Under the pieces are notes generated by a model. That model saw only the letters and a list, made by a program, of their open reading frames with translations. It was not told the origin of the DNA and did no database searches. 61,516 nt of DNA from an uncultured Ruminococcus sp. (GTDB lineage: Bacteria > Bacillota > Clostridia > Oscillospirales > Acutalibacteraceae), in the NCBI GenBank assembly GCA_902767325.1, contig CACXGW010000118.1, positions 1-61,516 on the forward strand. The letters run 5' to 3'. Shown here piece by piece: positions 10,496-18,535 of this stretch. Both the position numbers and the translations under genes were made by a program. Numbering within the stretch: the stretch's first letter is position 1; each line of letters opens with the position of its first letter.

Positions 10496-11797
10496 TTAAA
10501 TATCCGCCGAAAACGTCGTTCCGTTTGCTTCCGAACTCTCGACCGTGAGCTTTCCCTTCATGCTCTGAACGATCCTCTGAGCAATCGAAAGTCCAAGACC
10601 GTAGCCCTTAGTTGTGCGGGATTTTTCCGCGCGATAGAATCGGTCGAAAATGTGCTCCATATCTTCTTTTGAAATAACGCTGCCGAAATTGTTTACCGAG
10701 AAGTGTGTCCGGTCATTCTTTTTGTTCAGCACGATAGTTACCTTTGTTCCGTTGTCGGCGTATTTTACCGCGTTGTCGACAAGAATATGCGCCAGCTGGT
10801 TTAGCTGAGTGGCGTTTCCGTTTATAACTATACCGGGGTCGATCTGAGTATCGATAACAACTTCCTTTTCAAAAGCGACGGGTTCGAAGTTGAGCGCGCA
10901 GCCCTCGACGATCTCACTGAAATCAACATCCGACATCTGAAGGTTTGTTTCTCCTGCGTCGGATTTTGCGAGGAAGAGCATTTCATCGATCAGCTTTTTC
11001 ATATGATTTGCTTCTTCCTGCGTGCTCTCAAGCCATTGCTGCTCGTCCGAGACTTTAGAGTCTTTATGCGACATCATAATGTTGTTGTTGGCGAGAATGA
11101 CAGTCAGCGGAGTTTTCAGCTCGTGAGAAGCGTCGGCTACAAATTGTTTTTGCTGATCCCACGCCTTTTGCACCGGTTTTACCGCAAGTCCCGAAAGGAA
11201 CAGGCTAATTAGGAAAATCACAGCCAGACTGCCGACAAAAAGCACGGAGCTGATTATAAGCGAGCTTTGCAGATTCGTGTAGATATAACCGGTGCTCGCG
11301 AATGCTATCTTTGTTTGTCCCATCATTTCGCGGCGAACATACATCAGCGAATAGTCAGAGATCTCACCGTTCTGATTCTTTGCCTGGTTAAGACATTCCT
11401 GCAGATCGGTTTCGTCCATCGTGACGTTCGTTTCCTGTTTTTCGGTGATCTCGCCGTTGCTGTCGAGCGTAACTATGATGTAAGAGCTGATTTCAATGGG
11501 ATTGTTGTTGCCGGGTCCGGATTTTTCAAATCTAGGCGTTTCGTCGTCAAAAGGCGGTTCGTCATCGGGTTGGTCGTCGGAGTCGTCGCCATCGCGCTCT
11601 TTGAATTCTTTTTCACCGTTTTCGTTGATCTTCTCGAATCTTTTATCTCTTTCCAAAAGCTGATTGATCCCTTGCTCAAGGCTTTTTACCGAGTTTGTAT
11701 AACTGTTGATATTTACAGCTGTAAAAATGCCGAGAATAACGGTCCCTATCAGCGCCATATTGATTATGATTATGCGCCGCCGTAGTTTTTTAATCAT
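10496..11797 (-). CDS. Two-component sensor histidine kinase
   Basis: Two TM segments, H-box FVADASHELKTPL, N-box DNAVKY, FDRFYR, GYGLGLSI. Confidence 0.95.
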   Translation of the reverse strand: MIKKLRRRIIIINMALIGTVILGIFTAVNINSYTNSVKSLEQGINQLLERDKRFEKINENGEKEFKERDGDDSDDQPDDEPPFDDETPRFEKSGPGNNNPIEISSYIIVTLDSNGEITEKQETNVTMDETDLQECLNQAKNQNGEISDYSLMYVRREMMGQTKIAFASTGYIYTNLQSSLIISSVLFVGSLAVIFLISLFLSGLAVKPVQKAWDQQKQFVADASHELKTPLTVILANNNIMMSHKDSKVSDEQQWLESTQEEANHMKKLIDEMLFLAKSDAGETNLQMSDVDFSEIVEGCALNFEPVAFEKEVVIDTQIDPGIVINGNATQLNQLAHILVDNAVKYADNGTKVTIVLNKKNDRTHFSVNNFGSVISKEDMEHIFDRFYRAEKSRTTKGYGLGLSIAQRIVQSMKGKLTVESSEANGTTFSADI

Positions 11798-12467
11798 TTT
11801 TCTGCTCCAGTCTGTAGCCCATTTTCTTGATTGATTTGATTTCCGTGGTGGATTGGATGAAGTTTAGCTTTCTTCTTAAAAACGAAACATACGCTTCAAC
11901 GTTGTTTGAGCCTGCGTCGGAGTCATAGCCCCAAACCTTGGTTATGATGTCTTCCTTTGAAATGATCGTGTCGCGGTTCGCTAGCAGAAGCTTTAATATT
12001 TCAGCCTCTTTGAAGTTGAGGTGAACCGATTTTCCGTCCTTGCTTAGCTCACAGGTCGAGGCGTTGAAGTTGAAGTCGCCGAAATCGGTTTCGTCCAGCA
12101 TCACCTCGCCGCGCCTGCGGGTGAGAGCTTTGATTCGCGCGAGCAGCTCCTCGGGAGCGAACGGCTTTGTCATATAGTCGTCGGCTCCGCTGTTGAGTCC
12201 ACTGACCTTGTCGGGAACAGTATCCTTAGCTGTCAGCATCAGAATCGGAGTGTCGATTTTATTTTTCCTTAATTCATACGCTACCTGAAAGCCGTCGCGG
12301 TAGGGGATCATAATGTCGAGAATTATCACGTCATATATTCCGCTTAAAGCGTAATCAAGTCCGTCGTTGCCGTCGTGGACAACGTCGACCATATATTTCT
12401 GTTCGGTGAGTATCTGCTTTAAAGCCTGCGCCAGGCGCTTTTCATCTTCAACTACGAGTACCTGCAT
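11790..12467 (-). CDS. OmpR/PhoB-family response regulator
   Basis: VLVVEDE, ILDIMIP, LMLTAK, GADDYMTKPF, winged-helix VEAYVSFLRRKL..GYRL; overlaps the kinase start. Confidence 0.95.
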   Translation of the reverse strand: MQVLVVEDEKRLAQALKQILTEQKYMVDVVHDGNDGLDYALSGIYDVIILDIMIPYRDGFQVAYELRKNKIDTPILMLTAKDTVPDKVSGLNSGADDYMTKPFAPEELLARIKALTRRRGEVMLDETDFGDFNFNASTCELSKDGKSVHLNFKEAEILKLLLANRDTIISKEDIITKVWGYDSDAGSNNVEAYVSFLRRKLNFIQSTTEIKSIKKMGYRLEQKND

Positions 12468-12590
12468 CAAATCATCCTTTCTAAATATAAGGTTATATAT
12501 ACTTATTATAACAGTTAGGATTCTACATCACAAGCCTTAAAAAACGCTGAAAAAACTTTTTTGAAAAAATTATTTAACTTTTTTAAATTT

Positions 12591-12622
12591 TTAAGGCTTT
12601 TTTAAGGTTGACAAACTATAAT
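12591..12622 (+). promoter_or_regulatory. Tandem TTAAGG direct repeats (11-bp period) over the -35 region of a TATAAT promoter; candidate response-regulator site
   Basis: TTAAGG at 12591 and 12602, TATAAT at about 12617, upstream of the VTC gene. Confidence 0.55.
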
Positions 12623-12654
12623 ACAGCCAGACGATAAGGAAAGGGGTTCTCAAA

Positions 12655-13377
12655 ATGAAGATCCAAACAGTTTTTGAAAGAACCGAAAAGAAATACATTC
12701 TAACTCTCAGCCAGCGCAGGGCGCTGCTTGAGAAGATCAGCAGCTATATCAAGCCCGATGAATACGGAGAAAGCACCGTCTGCTCGCTGTATTTCGACAC
12801 CGATAATTTCAGGCTGATCCGCAGCTCTATGGAAAAGCCGATGTATAAGGAAAAGCTCAGACTCAGAAGTTACTCAACACCAAAGCAAGGCAGCAACGTT
12901 TTTCTGGAGCTGAAAAAGAAATACAACGGAGTTGTTTACAAGCGCAGACAAACGCTTGAATACACAAAGGCGATGGATTACATCAACAATGGGGTAAAGC
13001 CCAACGATTCGCAGATTATGCGCGAGATCGACTGGGCGATGAAATACTACAAAGGTATAGCCCCGAAAATGTTCATCGCGTATGACCGCACGGCTTTCTA
13101 CAGCAAGACCGATCACGAGCTCAGAGTCACCTTTGACAGAAACGTAAGGTTCCGCACCGATAATCTCGACTTGTCAAAGGGACACTACGGTGAAAGGATT
13201 TTAGACCATAGCCTGTGCATTATGGAGATCAAGGCGCTCAGCGCTATGCCGCTGTGGCTCACACAAGCTTTGACGGAGCTAAACATTTTCCCCGGAAGCT
13301 TTTCCAAATACGGAACGGCGTATCGGATCACCGAGGAAAGGAAACACAATTACAAGGGAGGACAAATCTGTGCTTGA
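12655..13377 (+). CDS. VTC-domain (polyphosphate polymerase-like, CYTH superfamily) protein
   Basis: RTEKKY, SLYFDT, KEKLRLRSY, FLELKKK, KRR, YDRTAF, RVTFDR, MEIK, FSKY tunnel-fold motifs. Confidence 0.88.
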   Translation: MKIQTVFERTEKKYILTLSQRRALLEKISSYIKPDEYGESTVCSLYFDTDNFRLIRSSMEKPMYKEKLRLRSYSTPKQGSNVFLELKKKYNGVVYKRRQTLEYTKAMDYINNGVKPNDSQIMREIDWAMKYYKGIAPKMFIAYDRTAFYSKTDHELRVTFDRNVRFRTDNLDLSKGHYGERILDHSLCIMEIKALSAMPLWLTQALTELNIFPGSFSKYGTAYRITEERKHNYKGGQICA

Positions 13378-14053
13378 TACTATTTTTCAACCGATATATT
13401 CATCATCCGACCAACTCACATCATCGATCTATTTTATATGCTCGCTGGTTTCCCTTGCGCTTGGCGTTATAATAGCATGGGCTTCGGGATTCAAAAGCAG
13501 ACAGACAAAGAGCTTTCTTCTGACACTTGTGCTGCTGCCGGTGATCGTTCAGATGGTAATTATGCTTGTAAACGATAACGTCGGCGCGGGCGTCGCGGTA
13601 ATGGGCGCGTTTTCACTGGTTCGTTTCAGAAGCGCACCCGGCTCGGCGAAGGAGATCGTCAGTATTTTCCTCGCAATGGCAACGGGCTTGGCTACTGCAA
13701 AGGGTTATCTCGCGCTCGCTGCGGCGTTTGTGATCGTGGTTTCTCTTGTGATGGTGCTTTCAAATTTCGTGAACATCAAGGAGAAGGACGATTTGCAGAG
13801 GGAACTCAGGATCACCGTTCCCGAGGATCTTAACTACGCGCATGGGTTTGACGATGTTTTTGAAAAATACACCAAAAACAGCAAGCTGATGAATGTCAAG
13901 ACTACGAATATGGGCAGCCTTTATAAGCTCAGCTACCGCGTAGAGCTTAAAAGCGAGGAGCAGGTCCAGCAGTTTATCGACGAACTGCGCTGCCGCAACG
14001 GGAATCTGGAAATTTCCGTGATGATCCCGGCACTCAGCGACGGCACACTGTAA
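13370..14053 (+). CDS. DUF4956-family membrane protein
   Basis: Several TM helices, GAGVAVMGAFSLVRFRSAPGSAKEI motif, C-terminal ELRCRNGNLEI; GTG start with GGAGG overlapping the VTC gene. Confidence 0.85.
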   Translation: MLDTIFQPIYSSSDQLTSSIYFICSLVSLALGVIIAWASGFKSRQTKSFLLTLVLLPVIVQMVIMLVNDNVGAGVAVMGAFSLVRFRSAPGSAKEIVSIFLAMATGLATAKGYLALAAAFVIVVSLVMVLSNFVNIKEKDDLQRELRITVPEDLNYAHGFDDVFEKYTKNSKLMNVKTTNMGSLYKLSYRVELKSEEQVQQFIDELRCRNGNLEISVMIPALSDGTL

Positions 14054-14091
14054 ATAATTGATCACTACCACTTTTCTTAATGTATCTCCTT

Positions 14092-14134
14092 AAAAAACCG
14101 ACGGGGCAAGCGAAATGCTTGCCCCGTTGGTATG
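14092..14134. terminator. Bidirectional terminator between convergent DUF4956 and lipoprotein genes
   Basis: ACCGACGGGGCAAGC-gaaat-GCTTGCCCCGTTGGT with an A-run on the left side. Confidence 0.8.
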
Positions 14135-15088
14135 TTACTCAATATTTCCGAGTTTTTCAAGAATTCGAGTATGAACTTCGATATAATAGTTTAAATCCTC
14201 TGTGCTGAGACTGTCTTTGTCGATTTTATTCATCTCATTAAGCATATCGGAATAGTCGGAAATCCATTTTGTGTATTCACTGATCAATTCAAGATTACCG
14301 GAATCTTCCTTGTATTTTTTCATGAACTCGATATAATCATCAAAGAACTTTTCATATTTATCCATTGTTTCTTTGAAGCTTGAAGAAACTCCTTCGGAAT
14401 CATCTGATTTGCTTTCATTTTTGCTTTCCGGTTTACTATCTTCAAAACCGTTTTCTTTACTTGTGTAGTAAGTTATTACAATTTTAGCGTCCACCGTTGC
14501 AACTCCGATATAGTCAGTTATACAACTTTCTCCATCAACGGAAATATCTTTTACTGTACCTTCTGTTTTGGTGCTGTCCTCAAAGGCTCTCGTAGTAATG
14601 TTTGTGAAGCCCTCTTTTTCAAATTGTGTAATAACATCTTCATAGTTAAGCTCAGGGTCATCATCTTCAAAATCGTATTTATCTACGGGAATATGTCCGT
14701 ATTTGACGGAGTGGTAACGTATAAAAATTTTTACATCGGACATCATTTTATCACCTTTATTAAAGGATTCGTGTCCGTCGACCATAACGGTCTTTATTAC
14801 GCCGTTTTGTTTGTCATCTGCGCTGTCGAGATCGTTTAGCTCTTCGACAGAGGTTTCTTTGAAACCCGCGTCAACAAATAATCTTTGTAATTCATCATAA
14901 TTCATTTTAAGTGCTTCATCGCTGGAAATCGGAAGTTCAAGCTCCTTTGGAGCTTCTGTCGTTTCTTCCGCTTCTGTAACAGAGGATTCTTTGTGATTCT
15001 CTTCTTTCTCTCCGCAGCCTGTAAATGCCAGCGCAGAAAATGTCAGTGTTCCTGCCAAAAGCAGGGTGAGTATTTTTGTTTTTTTCAT
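14135..15088 (-). CDS. Acidic lipoprotein with two repeated domains and a helical C-terminal domain (DUF6591-like)
   Basis: Lipobox LAFTG-C after MKK + hydrophobic stretch; repeats NYDEL..AGF..VMVDG..IRYHS and NYEDV..EGFTN..ISVDG..ITYYT; C-terminal FKETMDKYEKFFDDYIEFMKKY; visibly AT-rich. Confidence 0.75.
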   Translation of the reverse strand: MKKTKILTLLLAGTLTFSALAFTGCGEKEENHKESSVTEAEETTEAPKELELPISSDEALKMNYDELQRLFVDAGFKETSVEELNDLDSADDKQNGVIKTVMVDGHESFNKGDKMMSDVKIFIRYHSVKYGHIPVDKYDFEDDDPELNYEDVITQFEKEGFTNITTRAFEDSTKTEGTVKDISVDGESCITDYIGVATVDAKIVITYYTSKENGFEDSKPESKNESKSDDSEGVSSSFKETMDKYEKFFDDYIEFMKKYKEDSGNLELISEYTKWISDYSDMLNEMNKIDKDSLSTEDLNYYIEVHTRILEKLGNIE

Positions 15089-15129
15089 AATTACGCTCCT
15101 TTAAGAATAATTTTTATTGCTTTAGTCAT

Positions 15130-15179
15130 ATTATAACATAATGTACGCTATTACGCAAGTGCGTATACGCAGAATCGTA
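15130..15179 (-). promoter_or_regulatory. Sigma-A promoter of the lipoprotein gene overlapped by tandem TACG-N6-CGTA operators
   Basis: Minus strand TTGCGT-N17-TATAAT with extended TG; palindromes TACGCAAGTGCGTA (15152-15165) and TACGCAGAATCGTA (15166-15179). Confidence 0.6.
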
Positions 15180-15210
15180 ATTTTTTGTACAATATGTCTG
15201 AGGTGATGTT

Positions 15211-15453
15211 ATGGGCGTTAAGGATTTGATAGCGCGGCGCTTCAAAGAGATTTGCGGGGAGAGAGGCATAACCACCAACGAGCTTGCGACCTTGTCGGGC
15301 GTGACTCCCTCCACCGCGTATAGTATGATGGATCCCAACCGCAGAGATATTTCCGTTGTTACCGTAAAAAAGTTTTGCGACGGTTTGGAAATAACTCTCG
15401 GCGAATTCTTTTCCACTCCGGAGTTTGACAGCTTGGAGCAGGAAATAAAATGA
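15211..15453 (+). CDS. Small XRE/Cro-like helix-turn-helix regulator
   Basis: 80 aa, ICGERGITTNELATLSGVTPST..KKFCDGLEITLGEFF; GAGGTG RBS. Confidence 0.88.
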   Translation: MGVKDLIARRFKEICGERGITTNELATLSGVTPSTAYSMMDPNRRDISVVTVKKFCDGLEITLGEFFSTPEFDSLEQEIK

Positions 15454-15466
15454 ATCTCACATACGC

Positions 15467-15515
15467 AAAAAGAGTAACCTTTGTATTAATCATACAGGGT
15501 TACTCTTTATTTTTG
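15467..15515. terminator. Bidirectional terminator between the XRE and kinase genes
   Basis: AAAGAGTAACC...GGTTACTCTTT long stem flanked by A and T runs. Confidence 0.75.
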
Positions 15516-15552
15516 GTATGCCGGCAGCATACACCATTATTTTAATTTTGTG

Positions 15553-16611
15553 TTATGATAGCCATAAAGCCAGAATAAATAATACAAAGCCCGCGATGAT
15601 CGACGCGACGCCAAGCATATTCAAAACTACTTTGCCGTTATGCGGGTTTTTGCGGCTGATTATGTTTGAAAGCGTAAAAATGTCGCCGAAGAAGCAGTAG
15701 GGGAGCGCTGACCAGAATATCAAAACATCAAGCGCCAGTACAAGCTGTCCCCAAAAGAGCTTTGGGTGTTCGGTGTAGTTTTTCGACAGCAGGTCAACAA
15801 ACATTATCAGCAAGAAGATCCATATCATTATCAGGAATGTTGTCAGCACTTTAAGTCCCGCGCCGCCGCGATAGCCCGGCAATCCGCGGATTTGTCTGCG
15901 CCTGAATCGCTTTTGCCCGAGCAGGACCTTTTTTAGTTCGTCCGCGCTTTCAAAACGGTTTTTCCCATCCATTTCTATACACTGTGAAATGATGTCGGTA
16001 GCTTTTCCCCGGTACAGCATCTCGTTCGGAAGCTTTCCTGTCAGCAGGAAATTAAGCAGAACACCGCAGGAGTAAATGTCGGCTTTAGCGTCGGTTTGTG
16101 AAAAGCCGAACTGTTCCGGAGACGCGTAGCCTTCGGTGCCGAGAATACGGGTGTCACGCGATTTTGCCGAGTTTGTCATTCGCGTTATGTCAAAATCGAT
16201 TATCTTGACATTGCCGTTATTTTCAAGCATTACATTAGACGGCTTTATGTCGCGATGGACCATACCGCCGTTGTGAAGCGCGGTCAAACCGTCGCAGATC
16301 TGACAGAGAATATGCCGTGCGCCGTTTTCGTCAAACAGTCCCTGATTTTCCACGCTTTGCTCAAGCGTGACGCCGTTGATGAATTCGCACAGACTGACGC
16401 ATTTTCCGTTCATCATCCGCGCGTCATATACCGTCATCAGGTTCGGATGGCGAATTGCTGACAGCGCGCGCATAACGGGCAGATTCTCGGAAGAAGAAAC
16501 CCTTCTCAGCATTATTTGATTTGTTTGATTGTTCCGTACTATGTCGGTGTACGGGTTGACGGAAGCCAGAAAAGCAATGTCCCATATAAAAGAATTAGTT
16601 TGGTTTTGCAT
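15553..16611 (-). CDS. Hanks-type Ser/Thr protein kinase with three C-terminal TM helices
   Basis: RHPNL, HRDIKPSN, KIIDFD, GTEGYASPEQ, DIYSCG; C-terminal hydrophobic segments; ATG 16611 with GAGGT RBS. Confidence 0.88.
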   Translation of the reverse strand: MQNQTNSFIWDIAFLASVNPYTDIVRNNQTNQIMLRRVSSSENLPVMRALSAIRHPNLMTVYDARMMNGKCVSLCEFINGVTLEQSVENQGLFDENGARHILCQICDGLTALHNGGMVHRDIKPSNVMLENNGNVKIIDFDITRMTNSAKSRDTRILGTEGYASPEQFGFSQTDAKADIYSCGVLLNFLLTGKLPNEMLYRGKATDIISQCIEMDGKNRFESADELKKVLLGQKRFRRRQIRGLPGYRGGAGLKVLTTFLIMIWIFLLIMFVDLLSKNYTEHPKLFWGQLVLALDVLIFWSALPYCFFGDIFTLSNIISRKNPHNGKVVLNMLGVASIIAGFVLFILALWLS

Positions 16612-16620
16612 AGCTACCTC

Positions 16621-16672
16621 TTGCAATTTGTCAGCATAAATAATATCATATATACAGAAAGGATCGTGTCAA
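16621..16672. promoter_or_regulatory. Overlapping divergent sigma-A promoters with shared -10 region
   Basis: Plus strand TTGCAA(16621)-N17-TATCAT(16644); minus strand TTGACA(16672)-N16-TATGAT(16650-16645). Confidence 0.6.
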
Positions 16673-17101
16673 ATGAAAAAATCAACGGATGATCTTATGA
16701 AGTGCCTGAAAAGCAAGCACAGCGTAGAAGAATACTTTGAAGAAAACGACAGCGAAATATTCTTCGGTTCGCTTTCAGAGCTGCTTGAGTTTTACAGGGT
16801 GAAGAACGGAATCAGCAAGGCGGATGTCGCGCGCGGCTCTAACATAAAGCGTGAATATTGCTATGAGCTTTTGCGAGGAGACAGCGGCAAAAAGCCTTCC
16901 CGCGACAAAGTGATAATGCTCTGCTTCGGTTTGAAGCTGAAGGTCGACGAATGTCAGCAGGTGCTGAAAAAATGCGGTTACGCCCCGCTGTATGCCCGTG
17001 ATACCCGTGACTCCATCATAATCTTTTCGGTGGAGAACCGGATCTCCGTTGTTAAGACAAACATAAAGCTCGCCGAATACGGATTGGAGCCGCTGGAATA
17101 A
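16673..17101 (+). CDS. XRE-type HTH protein divergent from the kinase
   Basis: LSELLEFYRVKNGISKADVARGSNIKREYCYELLRG..KPSRDKVIMLCFGL..GYAPLY..RDSII; GAAAGGA RBS. Confidence 0.8.
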   Translation: MKKSTDDLMKCLKSKHSVEEYFEENDSEIFFGSLSELLEFYRVKNGISKADVARGSNIKREYCYELLRGDSGKKPSRDKVIMLCFGLKLKVDECQQVLKKCGYAPLYARDTRDSIIIFSVENRISVVKTNIKLAEYGLEPLE

Positions 17102-17104
17102 AAG

Positions 17105-17770
17105 TCAGTTATCCGACTTATTATGATTTCTGACGTTTCTTTCGGAGAACTGAATAAGATTGAAAAGCGAGGACGCGCCTTTGTCGAAGTAGCCCGAGAT
17201 TATGTCGGGGGAAAGGGCAAGGGCGAGTTTTTCGCGTTCGATGACCGCTCCCGCATATTCCAGATCCTGGATCATCGACGCGGTGGTGAGGTTTTTATAT
17301 CTGCCTTGATCGAGTGAAAACATCGTTTGGGTGTTGCTTTCCTCGGCACAGTATATCTCGCGGAAGATCTGATATTCAGCGCACATCAGATAATTGCTTG
17401 CGACGTTCGTCAGGCGTTTGCTGCCCATCTGCGCCAGTAAATCAAAAATCACCGTGGTGGTGTTCATAAGCAGCTTGCGGTTGATCTGGTTTATCATATT
17501 GCCCTTGCGGTGATGTATCTCGTCGCTTTCGGGCATATCGGCGGCAACGTCTCCCAGGCTGCGCTGTACGGTCCTGCCGAGAAGATAGTCTGTTGAAACC
17601 TCGTAGTAATCCGCAGCTCGTGAGAGAAAATCAAGCCCGCACTCGCGGATACCTTTCTCGTAGTGAGAGAGCAGCGCCTGAGAGATCCCCAGGTTGGCAG
17701 CCGCCTGCTTTTGGCTGAGTCCGCGTTCTTTTCTTAAAAAAGTAATAATTCTCGGAAATTCCTTGTTCAA
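17105..17770 (-). CDS. XRE-family transcriptional regulator with C-terminal extension
   Basis: LRKERGLSQKQAAANLGISQALLSHYEKGIRE..YEVSTDYLLGRT; TTG start with GAGGTG RBS. Confidence 0.9.
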   Translation of the reverse strand: MNKEFPRIITFLRKERGLSQKQAAANLGISQALLSHYEKGIRECGLDFLSRAADYYEVSTDYLLGRTVQRSLGDVAADMPESDEIHHRKGNMINQINRKLLMNTTTVIFDLLAQMGSKRLTNVASNYLMCAEYQIFREIYCAEESNTQTMFSLDQGRYKNLTTASMIQDLEYAGAVIEREKLALALSPDIISGYFDKGASSLFNLIQFSERNVRNHNKSDN

Positions 17771-17774
17771 AACC

Positions 17775-17804
17775 TTGACACCTCATTTTGTTTAATAGTA
17801 TAAT
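17775..17804 (+). promoter_or_regulatory. Candidate sigma-A promoter for phosphatase-leuB-PHP operon
   Basis: TTGACA(17775)-N18-TATAAT(17799); a second TATAAT at 17840. Confidence 0.5.
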
Positions 17805-17884
17805 AATACGTTGTAAGTTGTTTTGCACTATACATATAGTATAATCTAAACACAACAATTTGTAAATATCCTTTGGAGATTTTT

Positions 17885-18523
17885 ATGAAGTCATACGTCA
17901 TTCATTTTATTCGTCACGGAGCGATCGACGAAACGCTTTCGGGAAAGTATATCGGAACCACCGACGCGCCTCTTTCTGACAAGGGAAAGGCGGCGCTCAG
18001 AAAGCTTGATTTCGAGCAGGATTATCCGTATACAAAGGTGGTTTTTTCCAGCCCCCTGAAGCGCTGTACGGAAACGTGTAAAATTCTTTATCCGAATATT
18101 ACGCCTCTTGTCATAGCCAATCTTTCCGAGTGCAATTTCGGCGAATGGGAAGGTAAAACCGCCGAAGAGCTAAAGGACAGCGAGGACTTTCAGAAGTGGC
18201 TTGCCGGAGACAACACCGTAAAGCCGCCGAGAGGGGAGTCCAACGCCGATTTTGTTCGACGCGTCTGCAAGATGTTTGAGAGCATCGTCGAGGGCTTGAT
18301 GAAAACAGGCACCACCGACAGCGTTATCGTGACCCACGGCGGAGTCATTATGACCTTGCTTGCCGTATACGGATTGCCTCAGGCAAAGCCGTTTGAGTGG
18401 GTAATGGACAACGGCTGCGGTTATTCTATCCGCATCACGCCTATGCTGTGGCAGAGGGATAAGGTGGCGGAGGTCTTTAAACGTATCCCTTGTGAAAAAG
18501 TTGATAATGAAAGTGAAATATAA
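17885..18523 (+). CDS. Histidine phosphatase (phosphoglycerate mutase/CobC-like) family protein
   Basis: FIRHG, SSPLKRC, ECNFGEWEG, VTHGGVI motifs; ATG 17885 after GGAG. Confidence 0.88.
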   Translation: MKSYVIHFIRHGAIDETLSGKYIGTTDAPLSDKGKAALRKLDFEQDYPYTKVVFSSPLKRCTETCKILYPNITPLVIANLSECNFGEWEGKTAEELKDSEDFQKWLAGDNTVKPPRGESNADFVRRVCKMFESIVEGLMKTGTTDSVIVTHGGVIMTLLAVYGLPQAKPFEWVMDNGCGYSIRITPMLWQRDKVAEVFKRIPCEKVDNESEI

Positions 18524-18535
18524 GGAGTAATCAAA

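Noticed and set aside
12608-12622. TTGACA and TATAAT as a canonical promoter pair
   Set aside because: Only 3-4 nt apart, incompatible with sigma-A spacing
14092-17770. Prophage or ICE call for the XRE/kinase/lipoprotein cluster
   Set aside because: No integrase, transposase, structural genes, tRNA target or att repeats seen
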